Source of the DNA: Gonapodya sp. JEL0774
Lineage: Eukaryota
DNA length: 64,000 nucleotides
Assembly (NCBI GenBank): GCA_027604505.1
Contig: JADIIX010000049.1
Location: 62,001 to 126,000, forward strand
Direction of reading: 5' to 3'
The notes under the pieces were generated by a model. The model was given only the letters and a program-made list of their open reading frames with translations. It ran no database searches and was not told where the DNA came from. Of this stretch, positions 50,228 through 64,000 are shown piece after piece; within the stretch, counting starts at the first letter, position 1; every line of letters begins with the position of its first letter. The position numbers were made by a program, and so were the translations under genes.

Positions 50228-52376
50228 ATGGCCTACTTATCGGCCAAGCCAGCAATCCCGGTTGTGAAGTCCGGTGCTTCCTTAGTTGGTGACCAGCAAG
50301 CCAACGAGAAGCAGTATAATATTGAGTTCGCATGCAAGGCGCGACAAATTTCATGTATACAATAGAGGAAATTGTCGAGGCAGCATCTGGGACGCCCCAT
50401 TCCTCCCAGATCCTCTATACAACGTGCTTCATCGTTTTGAACCCAAGCCGGACAATTCAAGAATAATATATTTACCCCGCAACCCACATATATGCCAGCC
50501 ACACAGCCGCGCGACTCGAATTTGAGGATCACATTCGCTGGTCGGGTAAGTGAGAGACAGGAGTACGTGTCTCCATCATATTCTCAATGCATGTTTTGGC
50601 CGGAGAGAGCGCCGTAGGTTGACTTGTTCGTGTCTGGTCTTCGAGTCGGATCTTCAGCGAAGCGATGTACGTCCCCGCCGAAGCGTCGACCTAAGAATAC
50701 TTGCTCGAACTACTCGTGTGTATTTTCCAGGACCGACATCAATGTTGCCGGAGGGACATGCACAGTTGTGCTGCTGGACCCCAACTCGGGTTTTGCCAAG
50801 GGAGCAATCAAGTTCCTGCAGGATTACCTTCAACCAAAAACGCTACTGTGTACTCGTTGGCGGAGCTTATCACAGTGAGGAAAGTTGAACTGAGCACCGA
50901 CGTCCATCTCGATGAGCTTGGCGTGAAGCTGCGGAATCACTTTGTGAAAATGAATTCATTGGAAGACTATGACGGCATTGGCAGTCTCATTGAGAGTGCC
51001 TGGACGGCAGAAGAAGTGGGCCCGTCCGTCGTCCGCCCCAAAGAGTTTGAAAACATGGGGAAGCTTCACACTCTGAAGACGACTTTGAGCACACCTTTGA
51101 GCACGACTTTGAGCACATCTCCGCTGCTGGTTCCCATATTTGCTTGTTACAAACACATTACAAGAGCGGGTAGTCATGAGTGCCTTCCTCGAGATGTTCT
51201 TGGCACTGGCGTGGTTTCAGCTCTGATGGGACAGAGATTTGACTCCCCGTTGTGGTTGTTGTATCCTGAGGACGATGATTTTGTTGCTTCGTCAGAATCT
51301 CGCTCTTCGGACTTCGTCCTGGTCTCGTTCCTACCCAAAGACAGTCTTATCGAGGATGTGGTTGATTTACGAGATGACAGTGCAATGCCTTCCGACTGGG
51401 CGCACATCAAAGTAGGCTGCTGCGAACGTTGTGAGACTATTGCAATAAGGTTGGTTGTCTTTAGTTTCTGGAGGTTGTTGTGGAGCTAACGATGTACCTT
51501 AAAAGCTACACCAAACTCCAGAAGAGACAGAAGAAAGAGAGTATGACAACAGCCTCACCGATATGGTCTTCGAGTCCAATACCTCGCTCTCAAGGGTTCC
51601 ATCGAGAAGTCGAGACCCAGGCTCTCCAAGTCCCGCCGAAATCGCGCCAGCAGCCCCAACCACCTTGAAGTTGCTTGAGACAGCATCTCCCCTCACTAGC
51701 GAACTAAAGAGCACCATTAACGCAGCGTACGAAGTATACAAGGCAAAATTTGGAAAGAAAGCACGTGATGAGGCAGATGAGGAAAACAGTCCGGACACCA
51801 AGGAAGACTTTACAATTATGCGGAGGAACTATAGCGGAGATAAACTAGCAAACGATGGCTCTGGACTGAGAAGGAACGAAGTCATCGTATTGGAGACAGC
51901 AATGGACATGTCTGAGAGTACCCCGCCCATGCCTATCACTGCTAAGAACGTCGTGACGTTGCTGCACAGCAAAGGCGCTTTTATAACGATCGCTTTATGA
52001 AGATCTCGCAAGTCGACCTTGCTAAGGATTTCTTCCACACTACTGGTGGCCAAGATATTCATGATATAGTACGCCAATTGTTGATGTCGTTGAAAGACAA
52101 GGAGTGGTTTACCAAGGCAAACAAGGACGGAGAAAGATCGCCATACACGCCACTTCAGAAATTCACAAATCGCCTCAACGCCAGAAGGGGTAGAAACCCT
52201 GAGTGAAGACGTGGAGTATGTAGTCAGAATAAGGTGAACATGTGCAAGCTCAGTATCAAAAGGTATTATGTATGTCAAATAGTGGATTGCAGAGGCTGAA
52301 TGGAGCTAAACTATCCTTCTCCACGGGAGTGCTGAAGGAATTGCAGCACATCATTGAACATTCACATCGGTCCTGA
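50228..52376 (+). CDS. Hypothetical protein, multi-exon; both ends uncertain
   Basis: Consecutive + strand open segments (50701-51489, 51563-52000, 51997-52206) bounded by plausible splice sites. No family recognised. Confidence 0.5.
51078..51117 (+). repeat. 12-bp coding tandem repeat, about 3 units
   Basis: ACTTTGAGCACA CCTTTGAGCACG ACTTTGAGCACA, encoding TLST-PLST-TLST. Confidence 0.75.
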
Positions 52377-53258
52377 CGTCCGAAACCATTTCTCCGAGGT
52401 CCATGAGTGCACTCCGCATGTTGCCGGAAGCCTGCCAACCTTTTGAGTGCAACCAAGCGACCGGCTGTCCTGCTTAGGTACGCAAATTTAGCAATTTGCG
52501 TTCTAAAGATAATTGAGCCAGCGCGGTACCACTGCCGGCTCATGTCCTCTCCATTTCTGAACGGAACGTGCACCTGTCCATTTCTCCGCAACCGTTTTGT
52601 CGCAACTCCAATTATTCATTCTAAACTATATCTCCGCCCTTGTGAACCCACACAGCGTCCCGAAACAGATTTGATCTCTCCCCAGGTCTTGCGTGTGCGA
52701 CGCTGTCATCGCACCAACTTGGAGGCCGAGCTGGGAATGTCAGGGTAAATACTTGGCCGTTTGGGACAGAGAAATATTCCATATTGTAACTGAGGAAATC
52801 GCAATTACGAACGTGGAGATTACTTTGTTCGAGGGAAACATTGTTTTCCAGAGAAAGTATGTTTGCTGAATGTTGCCCGACAAATGCAAATAATATTGAA
52901 ATGAGAGCCACATTCCATATGAAGATATCTGGCGCATGCATCCTTGAAGGATATGAAGACACAAGTGTGCGATTTTGTGAGTTGTGTCGCAATCGATGTT
53001 TCAATAAAGCACGGGGTTTCGCCGACAGGGTTTGGCCGACTGTCCAGAGGACGTTGGTTCCACCGACGGGGAACGGGACAGACACACAACCACGCAACAT
53101 CCCCACTTCTGTGGAAAGCAATTTCACTGCTTGCGGTAAAGTTTACGAAGCATCTGTGTCATATTCGCGAAGGTGTGTGGAGATCCGCTGGTTTGTGGCT
53201 CCTAATCTGTACCTTACAGTCGGCCTTCGGCAGTCAGGCAGCCGACCCTTAGTCTTGA

Positions 53259-55471
<2,213 letters not shown>

Positions 55472-55829
55472 ATGTGTCTGTGAATGATGGGTTATGTCTC
55501 CCCATCGCAGGACATATTGAGGACCAATCTTTGCTCAACCTCTGGTGGAGACGATACATCCCCACCTCATAGTAACTGACTTAAATGAATTCCAATATTA
55601 CAAATTGAATTTGAATAAAATCGTTATCTATTGTATCTATATCAAAATTTTTGCACCGGTGCGTGAACCATCAGCTCTATTTAAGATGTGATGTCGAGGG
55701 TGAAGGTTCGAACCCCAAAGTAGTAGGCCGACAAGGAGCGAGTTTTCGTCTCACTCGCCAGTGTATACATCTGCCTCACTACAGGCATCTGGAAGCGTCA
55801 GGAAATCAGACGGACATCACCTGTACACA

Positions 55830-57092
55830 TCAGGTCGGTGCGTTCTTCCCGAAATCCTTTGTCACCTCTGGCTCCAAGGCATCTGCAGAGGAATCTCCCA
55901 CACCACTTTCCACTCCAATCACACCCACACTCGTGTCCTCCTCTCGGTACTTCTCCGAGATTTGCATGGTCCCTCTTCCACTTCGTACCCACTCGTACCA
56001 AAAGTAGAACAAAAACGTCCCAGTCTGGGCAATGGTCATGGAGAAGAAGTTGAGAAACGCAAGAGAATCCAGAGGAGGTGGGCGAAAGACCACGGATATA
56101 GCATTGAAGAGGCCACCAGCGCCGTCTTTGATCGCCGTGTCACGGAAAACCTCGTATAAGAATCAGCAAAAGGAGTCACTGGCAGTACACACTCACCGAT
56201 AAAGGAAAAGATAAGCGATATGCCTATCACGCGCTTCAACCCTGAAATAGCAGGAGGATCCAGTGAGGTGGCTCTAAAAGTCGTAGTGCCAATCCGGGTC
56301 GCCATCCACTCACTCAAAAACTCCCAGTACTGCGGTAAGAATCCTATCATAGCAAAGACAATAGGGATAGTGCCTAAGGCGTTCACCGCAGTATCAACGT
56401 TGTTTTCACGGGCGACCTTCAGGTCGTGAGCAGGGATCAGATTGATGTAATGAGGTGGAAGAACGAGAAAACACGCTACCGCGACTTACTTTTACTCCAA
56501 AGTACACCGCCAGCTCCATCAAAAGTCCGCCGACAAGGACCGCGATAAACACGCCAAAACTAGCTCGCAAGGACCACCTGGAGGGTACTGTTTGTCAAGG
56601 TCCAGTACAAAAGAGGCTGACCTCTTCATTCTCACTTCCTGCCGTAGTAGAAGCACTGGGAAATCGCCACAGAATTAAAGAAATAGAAGAACTGTGGTTG
56701 GACGATGAGCATGGTTGCGAGACCCATCGCCGCACAGTACCCTCCTAAGGGGGCAAAGCATGGGCTTTCTCGATCAGTGCACGAGCGGCGGCCGGCAGTG
56801 AACGGGAGTTTGAGAGTGTTGATATCGAAAACGATCTTTGGACTAACTCACGCCCACAAAAGCAGCATCCACACGGAGAGGCCATCAACGGATTTAGCAC
56901 GATAATTTTTCACGACTGGTACGACGAAGTGTGTAACATTCCGGTGTGTGGTGTTGAGCGATCCGTTGAACTAACTTGCTCACTTTGAGGAACGAGCTGG
57001 AACGACCAGCACACAAATCCGAGGGCAGCAAAAACTTGCTCCAATGCAGGGTAGTAAGACGGGACATCGGATGGTGGAGTTAAAGTGCTCAT
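55830..57092 (-). CDS. PQ-loop repeat membrane protein, multi-exon
   Basis: Two PQ loops (CWSFQLVPQ..KNYRAKSVDGLS; IGFLPQYWE..VIGIS) and several TM segments. Confidence 0.88.
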
Positions 57093-57213
57093 GAAGAAGA
57101 AATCAGCTCGATGATGGAATCATTCTGTCAGCCGCGACTCTTCACCACTTCTGTGGCCTCGGCCCCTGTGTCGCTCATTCCGACGACTTCAGCCATATGA
57201 TTGATACTCCCAA

Positions 57214-58964
57214 ATGGTGTCCTCCACAAATTCAGCACCATCACCAGTAGACGTTTCCACCATTTCGTCCCTCGCCAATCGCGCCTTGCAGTCCAACGAT
57301 GCTCAGGATTTCGCTGCTGCCGAAGCAGAAAGCACCAGAATTCTGCTCGCTTCTTCCCTCAACAAATTAGAAAAGCAAATCAAGGACCCTGATGTAAAGC
57401 CTGAGCGATTAGCAGCGGCGATTGCTTTCATTTCACAGGTGAGTGCGTGTGGGGTGGGTGGTACGTAAGGAATAGCTTCCGAATATCCCACGACCATGAG
57501 TCGAGCCTCCAGCCCCTGCGAAGTATTAGAATTCTTTCGCCTGGTCTTACGATTGATATCTGGCTTATTCACCTCGTTACAGGCTACACATGCGTCTGCT
57601 CGGATGCAACCCGAACATGTTTCGCGCTATTCTTCCCTGTTAATTGCAGCCATCCATCGGTATCCGGATCATCCACGACTCGTAGATGCTGCAGCTGGTG
57701 AGTCCAAGTTGTGGACTCAGCATTCCGGACCGGACAGGGTTGTTTGTGAAGTAGATGCTTGATGCAATCTCGAGATTGGTAAACCGGTCCGTGTCCAACC
57801 ACCTCCTTTCCCCGACAGCGTCTCTCTCCTCTCTCCTTTTCCTCTCCCCTTCGCTTGCCACGCCCGAACTCACCGCGACCCTCACCCAACTTCTCGAAAC
57901 TCACGCATCCGACCCTCATGCCTCACTTCACCTCTCCATGGCCCTCAATGCCGCCTCCTCCTCTTCCTCTTCACTCGCGTCGGTGTCCGACCAAACCGCA
58001 GCAACCTCAAATTCGACGACGACGACCATAACACCCCGGATAGACGTCGTCGCCCGTGCCCTCGATTCCATCGAATCCCTCCTTCGTGGTGAGAACAACT
58101 CAATCTCACTCGAACAAGACGAGCTCGCTCAACGTGTCGCAGAGGCCGAGTCGGTGCTGGTGGATTCTCGGAACCGAGACGTCGTGATGAAACAGTACCG
58201 AACTCGGGTCTTCAACGTGTACTTGGACATATTCACAGCGCTAGGGTGGGGGCCGAAGAGAGAAGGCGCCAAGGGGGACAAAAGCGAAGAGAATGCGACG
58301 TCAATGATACCAGAGGTTCCGATGTCTCAGAAGAAGCCAGTCACCGGGGGAGACGTCGCTCACCATCTGGTAGCTGCCGCGAATACCAACACCACCACGA
58401 CAGTGAATCCCGAACACGCCCCCGCTGATGCGTCAGCCACACCCGCCATCGGTGACACTGTCACCGACGACGATTGGGATCCTTCCACTGCTGTCCGACT
58501 CGACCCGTTCTTGTTACGAGCGTACGAAGGTAACATCTGCTCGTTCTCCTCACTGTTTTACACACCTCTCACTCAAATCACCGTACGCTGCACTCACCCC
58601 TCGCCTTTAGACTTTTCCAACCTCTTCCACTGCTCGAACCCCGCTTGCCTCCGCGTCGCCCGGCACAGTTTGGAAGAGTTCAAATCGTGTGGTGGGTGTG
58701 GTGTGGTGTTCTACTGTGGGAAAGAATGTGAGTACGCTGTAGAGGAGAGCCAGAAAGTGCCCAATGAACTGACATGAAGCGCTGACGTGCGGACATCCTC
58801 TGGACCGACATCGGGGTTCAACAAAGGCCAAAAAGGTGAGATGATATGGAGTGGTGCACGTGTTTGAGACATCCCAAACGAGTGGTAACACGTTTAACGC
58901 TACGTTTTGTCTATATTCAACAGCCGACTGGAAAGAACATAAACCGGTGTGCAAGAAACGATGA
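57214..58964 (+). CDS. Protein with C-terminal MYND zinc finger
   Basis: CSNPAC..CGGCGVVFYCGKE-C-QKADWKEHKPVC, assembled through a 9-nt micro-exon. Stop TGA at 58962-58964. Confidence 0.85.
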
Positions 58965-59209
58965 GCTCCCAGGAACGACCGAGTGGCATCCGTAATTTGA
59001 ACGGACCACCCATTTGCGCATCGTTCAACACTAATATGACTTTGTTATGTACTTTATCGAATACAGTGATGCATAGCTCTTGATTTGCAATTACCCAGCC
59101 CTCCCGGAATGTGAGAAATATGAGAACATGTGTACACGACGAACCACCAGCGAATTACTCCACTCTCCCAGCGCATCTAGGATCTATCTAGGATGTACGA
59201 AATTGGCTT

Positions 59210-61696
59210 TCACAAGATGTACCCGATCGCGAATTTGTCCTTCATCGCCTTCGCAGCGGACCCGTGAATGGCGTGGAAGTCCTCCGACGCATCCTGTCCA
59301 GCGACGATCATGATGGATTTCAGGCCTGGAAGGATGACGACAGAGGTGTTCAGTCGTTGAGGGGCGGGGACACTTTGGATCCACCAAAGAACCAAACACT
59401 GGCAAAACACTCACCACCAGGATGTCGCTTCAGAAACTTCGTGCAATCCAACACCATCCCATCGATCACAATCCAGCAGTCTGTTTCGGACTTGTGCGAC
59501 GCCACGTCGGCCATAGTCATGGGGTTCAGACCTTCCTTGCGTTTTGCGGGTGTGTTGACCAGGACGGAAGGTTTGGTCGCAGCGTCGGCTGCGGCTTTGA
59601 GTCGGGGCATCCAGCCGGCTTCTTTAGATTCACCAATGTTGGTTGGGTGCTGCCATATGTAAGTTGAGGTGGTCGGGTTATGGAATAGTTTCACTCGGTA
59701 CCACTGACAAGGTTACAACGAGTGGTTGCCAGTGAGCTCTGAGAACCTACGGCAATTGACATAGCGAGATTGGCAACTCCAACTCACATTATTCGACATC
59801 ATGCCAAGTAAGTTCCACGTTTGATCGCGCGGTTGTGTGTTTTGGCTCGCATCCCAGCATCTGACCAGCACCTCCGCAACCTGAACAGGCGTACCATCTG
59901 TGCTCTGAGTGATTGTTGTGTCCACGAGTACATCTATTTCTGCTTCCCATAAAAACCAGCACCAGAATTTCGACCCATGACGCGGCGCTCCATCATTCGA
60001 CCCGTGGCGCAGCGAAGGTGCGAGAATCCACGTCTGGCCGTCATCCACAGACAACTCCACCCGTATAATCCGCCGTCCGCCACCAGTGTAAGCGTATCCT
60101 TTGACAGGTAACCGTATCGTGAGAGGATTCGGGGCTGATGTTTCGATGGCGACGACTCTGTGGTGTGCAGGTGAGGTGATGACCGAGTTGATGTTACGTT
60201 CGTTGATAATGAATTCGGGTCGGCGCCACCAGTTGACTTTCTTCATCCCCGAACCGTTGGGGTCAGGTGTGAGTGTGGTGGAGAGGGCGACGGCGGCGGA
60301 GGTGACGTTGGGTGGGAGTACGCGGTTGTCTTCGAAGTGATAAGTTGAGTCGGATTCCTGCGGGTTATCACACAAGGTTTTGGGTGAGAGCTTGATACAA
60401 TCAATCGCGAAGTTCCTTTGAGGTACTCACAGAGTCGCTGACGGTGATTTTAGAGAGCCATTTGACCATTCTTCCGCCAATCCAGCCCGGAATGATTACA
60501 CGAAGTGGGTAGCCGTGATCTGGTGGAAGACGCTGTTGGAGCGTCAGTGTCTCATGCACGATCTTATGGGGATGCACAATCAAACAGGGTAGACGTACCT
60601 CTCCATTCATCTCATACGCAAGTAAGATATCTGATGTGTGATCAAGTGCCATCTCTAAAGGTACAGTGGTGCCGTAGTGACCTTTGGGCAGGTTGTCGGA
60701 CCCCGAGAAATTCACGTATCGCGGAACCGCGATCGTGCCATCTTCGCGTACGCCGGACTTTGGACCACCACAAAGGTTCAGAATGTGCGAGAGAGGAACA
60801 CCTGTCCAGACGGCGGTAGAAACAGCTGCAGGGCCCCAGCTTTTCCAAATTATATGCATGCAAGTGTTGAAGAATCATAGCAGGTGACGGTGACAACAGC
60901 GGGAGGACCACACCTGAAGCCTTGTGAGTTTTTTGTGACATTTTGTTCATGCCTTCGGTTACCCGCGCATGTCAAAGTGACTTGGAAGGTTGCTCTGGGC
61001 ATGCGAGCAATCTCATCCATGGAGAACGTACGAGGTTTCCGGACGAGGCTGTGTGTGTGCGAAAAGGAGCAATAAAAGCTGATAAGATCACTCATGTATG
61101 CAGTAAAGTGTGCAAAGAGAATTTACCCGTCCAGCGATACATTGAAGTCTGCCCATTCAAGATTGGGTACCGGGCCATGGTTGCGCACGTAGTGCAAGGA
61201 ATTCGGCGTCAGACCTTTACTCTTCTCGGCAGCAGCCATTAGCGTGGTGATAGGTGCCTGGAGATGGTCAGCACGAAAATTAGATGCACTCTTACCAGAC
61301 GACCCCGTTTCGAACTCACCTCTGAATTGAAAGGATGGCGACCAGTCAAGCGGATCATACTAGGATGTCGAGGAACCCAATTATCCTAGAGGTACAAAGA
61401 AAACATCGAAGATTGTCCGTTTCGAATGGGGGATAGCGACTCACTGGTGTGTCCACATCTTTCGTGTCGACACCGCCTTCCCATTGACCAAATCCCTCTG
61501 GCAGTTCAATGACTTTCTCTCCACCTTTTCCTTGATCACTCTTCTGACTGAGGGATATTGATGAGAGCGTTGACACCAAAGTAACTCCAGCGATCCCAGA
61601 TATTGCACCAAGCGCGGCGGCGACCGCCCACAAAGGTTGCGCCGTCTGAGACGAATCGACCAAGGATAGCGATGCTATGAGCGGGGCAATCGACAT
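59210..61696 (-). CDS. Nitrate reductase-type Moco + cytochrome b5 protein lacking the FAD/NAD(P)H domain, with N-terminal hydrophobic segment
   Basis: TPDNWVPRHPSMIRLTGRHPFNSE, HYVRNHG, Mo-ligand LTCAGNRRHEQN, WGPAAVSTAVW, PDHGYPLRVIIPGWIGGRMVKWL, YHFEDNRVLP, NINSVI, KGYAYTGGGR, WCW, NTQP..WNLLGMM, hinge QHPT..GWM, b5 DCWIV..HPGG..FHAIH..IGYIL-TGA. Confidence 0.9.
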
Positions 61697-62117
61697 TATG
61701 CGTAAATCTGGACTGTGAGAATTCTTGTCTGAGCATTTAAGAGAAATGATCGGTGGTGGGGTTTGATGGCATCAACTCGACCGAGTTGTTCCTCGTTTAG
61801 GAACATTTCCAACACCCACGACTCACAGCGACAAACAGAAATCGTGGACCCATTCCCAATATCCGGTAGTAAGGAATTGGCTTTCTGCGCTCGTCATCGC
61901 CTTTGCGAGCGAATTAAAAGACCAGAAACCAATTACTCGGAACTTCAATGTTCCTGCCGGCGAGGCGGTCCACAACTCAAGGCACCTCTCCCTAAATCTG
62001 GATTCCCCAAGAGCCATGACTCAGATTGCAGAAAGTTGACTAAGCTTGTCCTTCGTGCGGCCAGAACTTCACATTCAGTCGCGTGCGGTGATAATATATT
62101 ACATTGTTGAATATATG

Positions 62118-63530
62118 TCATGTTCGGCGTTCTATTTGGAGTTTTGCTGTCCCCAAGTGGGATGCTCGCTCCACAGCTAAATCCGCACTATCGCGGTTCT
62201 CCACGAAATGTCCTTGCAGCATTGCCGTGCTCACATGGCGATCCGCAAGGCTTTGCACGAACCTCTCACACAGCTTTTCATCTGCGTTCGCGAAGAATCT
62301 CCGAAACATTCCACGTATTTGATGTGGAGTCGCCCACCCGAATTCGTGCCGCACGTCCACACGGCCAGGTCGGATTAGGGCCGGATCTAATTGGGATGCG
62401 TGGTTGGTGGTCATGAAAATAATGCGCTCTTCCGAGGAAGCAACACCGTCGAGAGCATTTAGCAGGCCAGAAAAAGTGACCATGGAGGAGAAGCTATCAC
62501 CGCATCGGTTGGTTTCAAACCAATACTGTCAACAACTAAAATCACATATATTCCTTCAACCGTCTACTCACCCCTGCTTGTCCGTCTGCTCTCGCTTTGA
62601 AAACGCCGCATCAATATCCTCGAGCAATATTAAGCTGCGATGCGGCGCATGGCTAAGGAGGTGGTTCAGGCGGTCGTCAGTAAGGCCGCGTTCTGCGAGG
62701 TTGAGGACACAGATATTGTACTCTAGGTGGCCAGCCAGAGCCAGAATGAACGATGTTTTACCAGAGCCAGGAACACCGTACAGTAGGTACCCCCTTCGAT
62801 AGGGAATACCTTGAGGAACGTGAGAAGAGATTTACGGTCCTGATGTTAGAAAACGGCTGTGTGACGCACCTCTGTCGTAGTACCATCTGCCATTGTCAAT
62901 AAATCCTCTGACGTCATTCAATATCTTTTCCGTGACTCCATCGTCCAAAACCACGGAATCGAGTGGCCGTCTTCGTCTCGGCTGGCCGAATGGCCTCCAA
63001 TCAGGCCCATAGCTCGAGTAAATCACCGTTTTACCCTCCTCCTTCTCCAACGCTAATACCCTTGATTCCTCGAGAAGCTCAGCGAATAACTTCCTGTCCC
63101 GTGTCAGCGTCGTGAGCGTCACAGTCTCCCATGGAGCAGCGTTCGTTAGGTCCAACATCTGCCGCTCCCGCGTTCTCTCCACCATGAACCATGCGCCCCG
63201 ATAACGAAAAAAGTGAGTACCTGGGCCTGCAACGAGCCCAAACTCAGTCTTGGTACTTCCGTTATCGTGCCGGGTGTGCTGAGTTTGGACGCTCAAAGTA
63301 GGGTTCCATGCTGAAGCGGTAGGCGATGAAGTCATCCAATTCAGCACCCACGGGTATGCTTTGTCTTTGGATGGAATTTCCAAGGTAACCAAGAGCCGCC
63401 GACGGGCGATGCTAGCTCCCTGAACGAATCCTTTGCGAAGTACGGCGAGCGCGGTGCCCACGCCGAAAAGGCCGAATCCGGCAGTGAAGTAAGGGTTCCC
63501 TTCGAAAGCTGCAAAAATTGTTTCGCTCAT
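62118..63530 (-). CDS. BCS1: Mitochondrial AAA chaperone BCS1
   Basis: [112 protein letters not shown]. Confidence 0.97.
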
Positions 63531-63881
63531 GGGCTGGGCGATGGAGCAAAGCGCCGATGGGTCGTGACGGGACGGTGGCGACAGAGAATTTGCTTTTCTC
63601 GGCAGGTGAAGATGTGAAGACCTACAATGACCTCTGGCCCGCCCCATCAAACAGAAGTCACACATCATTCAGTCTATTTGTGGTTGTGAAACAAAACTAA
63701 TCAACAAACGGTAGTACAACAGCGTGTCTCGTTTTTCAAGGTATCTGCCCTGCAGTTCAACAAATGGGCGGTGTCAAAACTCTTTACACTCCAAACGCGC
63801 CAATCAACCCCGTTCCCCAACTATTGCGCCGCCTGCGCCTCCATCGCTGGCTCGAAGCGTTCACTGGATGAGGACCGTGAA

Positions 63882-64000
63882 ATGGTGGTCGAAGATACAA
63901 CACCCGATCGCGTGCTCAGGCTGCGGCTGGTGGAGTTCCCCAGGTTTGTCTGCGTTGTGGACGAGGCACTCCCTCGGTGCCCATCGAGAGAAAAGCGACG
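63882..64000 (+). CDS. Possible first exon of a gene continuing beyond the window
   Basis: ATG..MVVEDTTPDRVLRLRLVEFP followed by a GTTTGT donor, divergent from BCS1. Too short to identify. Confidence 0.25.
   Translation, partial: MVVEDTTPDRVLRLRLVEFPRFVCVVDEALPRCPSREKR

Noticed and set aside
59177..59212. Readthrough or selenocysteine recoding of the NR TGA to reach a reductase domain
   Set aside because: Only about 10 codons (KPISYILDRS) follow before a TAG, with no flavoprotein motifs.
59210..61696. Sulfite oxidase assignment, tempting given the nearby sulfatase
   Set aside because: The b5 domain is C-terminal to the Moco domain, and the motifs (RRHEQN, GRMVKWL, DNRVLP, hinge HPT..GWM) are NR-type.

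Overview
Gene-dense, intron-rich eukaryotic DNA with short GT-AG introns. Gene content points to a fungus, plausibly an early-diverging lineage (inference only). About 19 protein-coding genes are visible: 5'-partial VPS13, a CUE+Smr endonuclease, UBA2, two tandem TM-RING-H2 ligases (plus an inverted relic of one), a CocE/NonD hydrolase, a secreted Cys-rich protein, an RXT3-like protein, a large VWA/MIDAS+Zn-motif protein, an intronless CTC1, a fungal-type NAD(P)H nitrite reductase, cyclin L, an MCR1/CYC2-like b5 reductase, a hypothetical gene, an arylsulfatase, a PQ-loop protein, a MYND protein, a nitrate reductase-like gene and BCS1. The main observation is the nitrate reductase. It has full eukaryotic NR Moco, dimerisation, hinge-1 and heme-b5 signatures. 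It stops right after the b5 domain, so there is no FAD/NAD(P)H module, and it carries an N-terminal hydrophobic anchor. It lies about 13.5 kb from an intact nitrite reductase, with a stand-alone membrane-anchored b5 reductase between them. This suggests a split, membrane-bound nitrate-reduction system. Exon boundaries were read by eye and no database searches were run.
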